Assembly (NCBI GenBank): GCA_017654855.1
Contig: CM030332.1
Span: forward strand, 6,324,001 to 6,388,000
Reading direction: 5' to 3'
DNA from: Podospora anserina
Lineage: Eukaryota
Length of the DNA stretch: 64,000 bases
Shown in pieces: positions 60,734-64,000 of the stretch. Under the pieces are notes generated by a model. That model was not told where the DNA came from. It worked only from the letters and a program-made list of their open reading frames with translations, and ran no database searches. The translations under genes were made by a program, and so were the position numbers. Positions within the stretch are counted from its first letter, which is position 1, and each line of letters starts with the position of its first letter.

Positions 60734-62447
60734 TTACTGAGCATCATCCCCCGTGCTCATGTCATCACACCCCACCTGGACAATCTCATGCTTGATCTCC
60801 CCTTGCCCTCCTTCGGTAGTAGTAGTAACCGGGAGATTGATGACCAAAGCAGTCAACTTCTTCCCGTGCCCACACCCACTGTCCAACCCAAACGCATATC
60901 TGATGCCTCTTTCCTTTTTGGGCCGGTTACCTTTCTTATTGGAACCCTTTTGTTTCTGGAAGTAGGGCGTGATATCCACATGGGGATCGACCTGCAGTCC
61001 GCGCCTAGCGTCGTGGCCGTAGATAACGATTGTTTTTTTGGAAGTGTCGTGTGAAGAAGAACGGGGTAGGTGGTTTTGGTAGCGGCTCCTGGGGGGGCAT
61101 TGTTAGTACACACGCAGAGCGAGGGGGGCATCAAGGGGGCAAGACAAACCAGGCTTTTGACCAGGGCTCCCCGTCGTCGGTGCTATCTACCGGTATGGGA
61201 ACCTCTTCTTCTTCCTCCTTGTCATCATCTTTGCCGTTGTTGTGGCCGTTGTTGTGGCCGTTGTTGTTGTTGTTGTTGTTGTTGTAAGAAGGGGCATATA
61301 TCAAACTCCGCATATTCATCACGGCCCAGGGGTCTTGCTTTTCAAGGTCAAGACCTGGTACCAAACCACCGTGGACAACGACAACTTCGTTGAGGGGGTT
61401 CCATGGCTGTTGCGGACCTTCATCCTCTTCGTCGCCATTGCCGCCCTTCTTTTTCTTGCCATCTTTGTGGTGTTTCTGCTCTGTCGATAGCTGAGGGAGG
61501 TGCCCCAGCTGGCCAACGTGCAATATCACAGGGCGTTCTGCCAGCCACTTTAGTTGTGACTTTGATAGGCTTTTCGCGACAGACTTGGCGTGCTCGTCCT
61601 TTTGGTGCTCCTTTTGCCTGTCACGCTCCTTTTTGCCTTCTGTTTCGACTGAGTCGCTGTCGTCCTGTTGCTGAGGCCAGTAGTCTAGCTTTTTGAGACC
61701 GTAGGCTGCTGCTAGGACACGGTCTTCGTGGTTTCCTCTCACTGCTGAGGCGCCGATGGACATGGCTAGGGTGACGACGCCTTTGCTGTCTGGGCCTTTG
61801 GTCACTAGGTCACCGACGAAGATGGCGTGGTCACCAGAGGTGGGGGAGAAGTTGAGTTTGGAGTAGAGGAGTTTCTGGAGAGGAAGCAGGTGACCATGGA
61901 CGTCGGAGATGATGATTAGGCGGCGGAGTGGGGGGTGGGAAGGGGGAAGGGGGGAGATGAGGTTTAGTGGTGGGGGAGGGGGGTGTTTGTGGTGTTTGTG
62001 GTTGCTAGCCGTGAGATCCATTTCTTCCTCCTCCTGACTGTTGGCGGAAGCACCGCCCATGGGGTGCTGAGAGGGGTTCATTTTAAGGTTGTGATTGGTG
62101 TCCATGTCGATGTCGTGGGATGGTGGTGGTGGTGAGTGAGGTCTGGGTTGGGGTTCAAGGTGGGGTGCACCTATCGACCCTGAAGACGTCATCCCGCTTT
62201 GCCCATCTTCTTGCCCCTGCGTCGGTGGTGTCACTGTCACCACGACTTCTCCTGCAGCTTCTTGGTGGTGGTGTGGTTTGTGATGCCCTCCTCCAATCGT
62301 ATCAAACACTCGTAGTGTAGATAGCTGGTTGAGGATTGGGAAGTGAATGGTGAACATGCATAATGTCAAAAATGACAGGGTGCCAAAGATTATGAACAGT
62401 GTCCGCCGTGGTGGTTGGCGGTTGAAAAGGTTGGTTATTGCCGGCAT
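60734..62447 (-). CDS. Calcineurin-like metallophosphoesterase, ApaH/Ppn2-like, with an N-terminal TM anchor; exons 62447-61150, 61088-60734
   Basis: Motifs DVHG, GDLVTKGPDS, RGNHE, VHGGL, YGHDARRGL and GLDSGC; hydrophobic segment near the N-terminus; poly-Asn tract. The ATG at 62447 is preferred over the upstream TTG. Confidence 0.85.
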
Positions 62448-63117
62448 CGTGTTTTGGTCGTGTGACGAGCTGTGGCAACGGGAGTGCTGTTTCTCAGTTT
62501 GCTGAAGGAAGGGTTCACGGAACCCCCATATTGTCAAGGATCAATTGATGGAACCAAAAACCGTTTGAAAGGGGTGATCCAAAGTTGAAGTCGGTGAGAA
62601 TAAGTAGCAGGTCCACGAGTCACTGACCCTTGGCCATGATGTGCAAAAGTCGATGGTGGATATCTGATTTCTGTGCCACGGTCAATCGCTCCGGGGTCCT
62701 ATTTTAGTGCTGCGTAGCAGGGGTCTCTTTTTATGACTTTGCGCTGTCACGTTGCACCACCATTGGCTCTTGTTCGTCTGGGTGTTCAGATCGGAGAGGC
62801 CAAGACTGTCGACTACCTGAAGTTTGTTGAAGAGAGTGTGCCTCCTTTGTCTGATGAGTTCTGAAGGGTGGAAGGAATGCTGTGCCGGATGTTTGGAAAC
62901 GAAAGAGCATCCCGTCACCTGCCGCTGACCTCTGCCCCCAACAACACCCAAGTGACAGACATGCCTCTTTGCCCAGAGTCTGATTTTGTTTTTGCCAAAA
63001 CGCCTGCTATGCCCTAATGACCCAATTCAAATATAATACAGATATCGCACATATGTTTTCCTTATCCCATTACATTGCGCAACCCCGGGTATCGTCCCAT
63101 GCTTTCCCATAGGTCTG

Positions 63118-63576
63118 CTATGACTTCTTCGCAGCAGCTTCCTGTGCTTCTCTGTATTTCCTGTTCTCAGCTTCTCTCCAGTCCTCTGGCGCCTTGTTGG
63201 TGCCGTCTGTCTCGCCGCGTGTCCCTGCGAAAGCAGACTTGCCCGCATACAACTGGTATCCCTCGCCGGTGTCCTCTGTCTTTTGGATCTTCGTGAAAGC
63301 AATGGGCTGGTTGCCTCTGAAGCGCTTGCGCATGTCGACCATGCCACGGCGGCATTCACCGAAGCCCTTCTTGAGTTGCTTGCACTTGAGCGGGAGGGTA
63401 TCGACGAGAGGTTCGCGGAGGCAGTCGGCGGCCGAGTTGCGCTGCACCATGACGCATTCAGACTCTTGGAGGCATTGCGCCAAGGCGTCTCCTGGATACC
63501 AGAGGTTAGTTTCGAGAAGGCTGTAGCAATTGACAACGAGGAACACACGAATATCTTTACATGAGCTGGTCGGCAT
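63118..63576 (-). CDS. COA5: Cytochrome c oxidase assembly factor Pet191/COA5; exons 63576-63549, 63491-63118
   Basis: MPTSSCKDI|RDALAQCLQESECV..DCL..KCKQLKKGFGECRRGMVDMRKRFRGN: twin CX9C-type cysteine pattern and the family motif DMRKRFRGN. Confidence 0.92.
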   Translation of the reverse strand: MPTSSCKDIRVFLVVNCYSLLETNLWYPGDALAQCLQESECVMVQRNSAADCLREPLVDTLPLKCKQLKKGFGECRRGMVDMRKRFRGNQPIAFTKIQKTEDTGEGYQLYAGKSAFAGTRGETDGTNKAPEDWREAENRKYREAQEAAAKKS

Positions 63577-64000
63577 CTTGAGGGCTGTGGAGGGGTTGTT
63601 GTATTGTTGATCGCTCTTCCGATGCGGCAGGCAAGGAATTAGACAGTGCTCGGCAAAGCACGGTCCGCGGGTGCAAAGCTGGCAGCTCAACCTTGATAAA
63701 CACCATTAGGGTTAGGGTATCTGCAGTCTCACGTACACAAAGGTACAGACTGAGTTCATGTATGTTCATATAGCAACTTGTTTATACAGCTTTCTTGTGG
63801 TCATTGTATCCCGTAGAGCTGCCGCAATACTAATCCACCGAAAACTTGTTCAACAACTAAACAAAAGCTCACCCAACTGCTCACTCACCTCTGTCTGCAA
63901 GGAATGGACATCATCAGCCAGACACCATCACTTTGGAGTCTTGGTTTGTCTCATGACTACAGCTCTTTCACCCTCCTTGTCTTTTTCCTTCCCCTGGTGT

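Noticed and set aside
63706-63717. Telomeric repeat TTAGGGTTAGGG
   Set aside because: Only two units in a promoter region; not a telomere or an interstitial array.

Overview
Eukaryotic, intron-containing, gene-dense window from a filamentous ascomycete. The GT..CTRAC..YAG introns and gene content suggest Sordariomycetes; a Podospora-like Sordariales genome is my inference, not a database match. I can support 17 protein-coding genes, reconstructed with splice sites: 2-methylcitrate dehydratase, an Lsb1/Pin3 SH3 protein, an MFS transporter, Sog2, a Pcl5/Clg1-type cyclin, SUB2, RPR2, HSK3, an Svl3/Pam1-like protein, CAB2, MRS2, an Rgf3/Tus1-type RhoGEF, SOD1, Tudor-SN, TAL1, a Ppn2-like phosphoesterase and COA5. 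There are also three tRNA genes: two identical tRNA-Gly(GCC) and one intron-containing tRNA-Ala(AGC). No transposon ORF, rRNA or CRISPR array is visible. The most striking unexplained signal is the 664-nt first intron of SUB2/UAP56. It is closed by a ~31-bp long-range helix whose G-U pairs work only on the sense strand, and it encloses ~485 nt with several hairpins, making it a candidate cis-regulatory or intron-encoded structured RNA. Two regulatory genes also have ~1.2-1.35 kb upstream tracts almost free of sense-strand ATG. The cyclin tract keeps exactly two uORFs and three TGACTC motifs.
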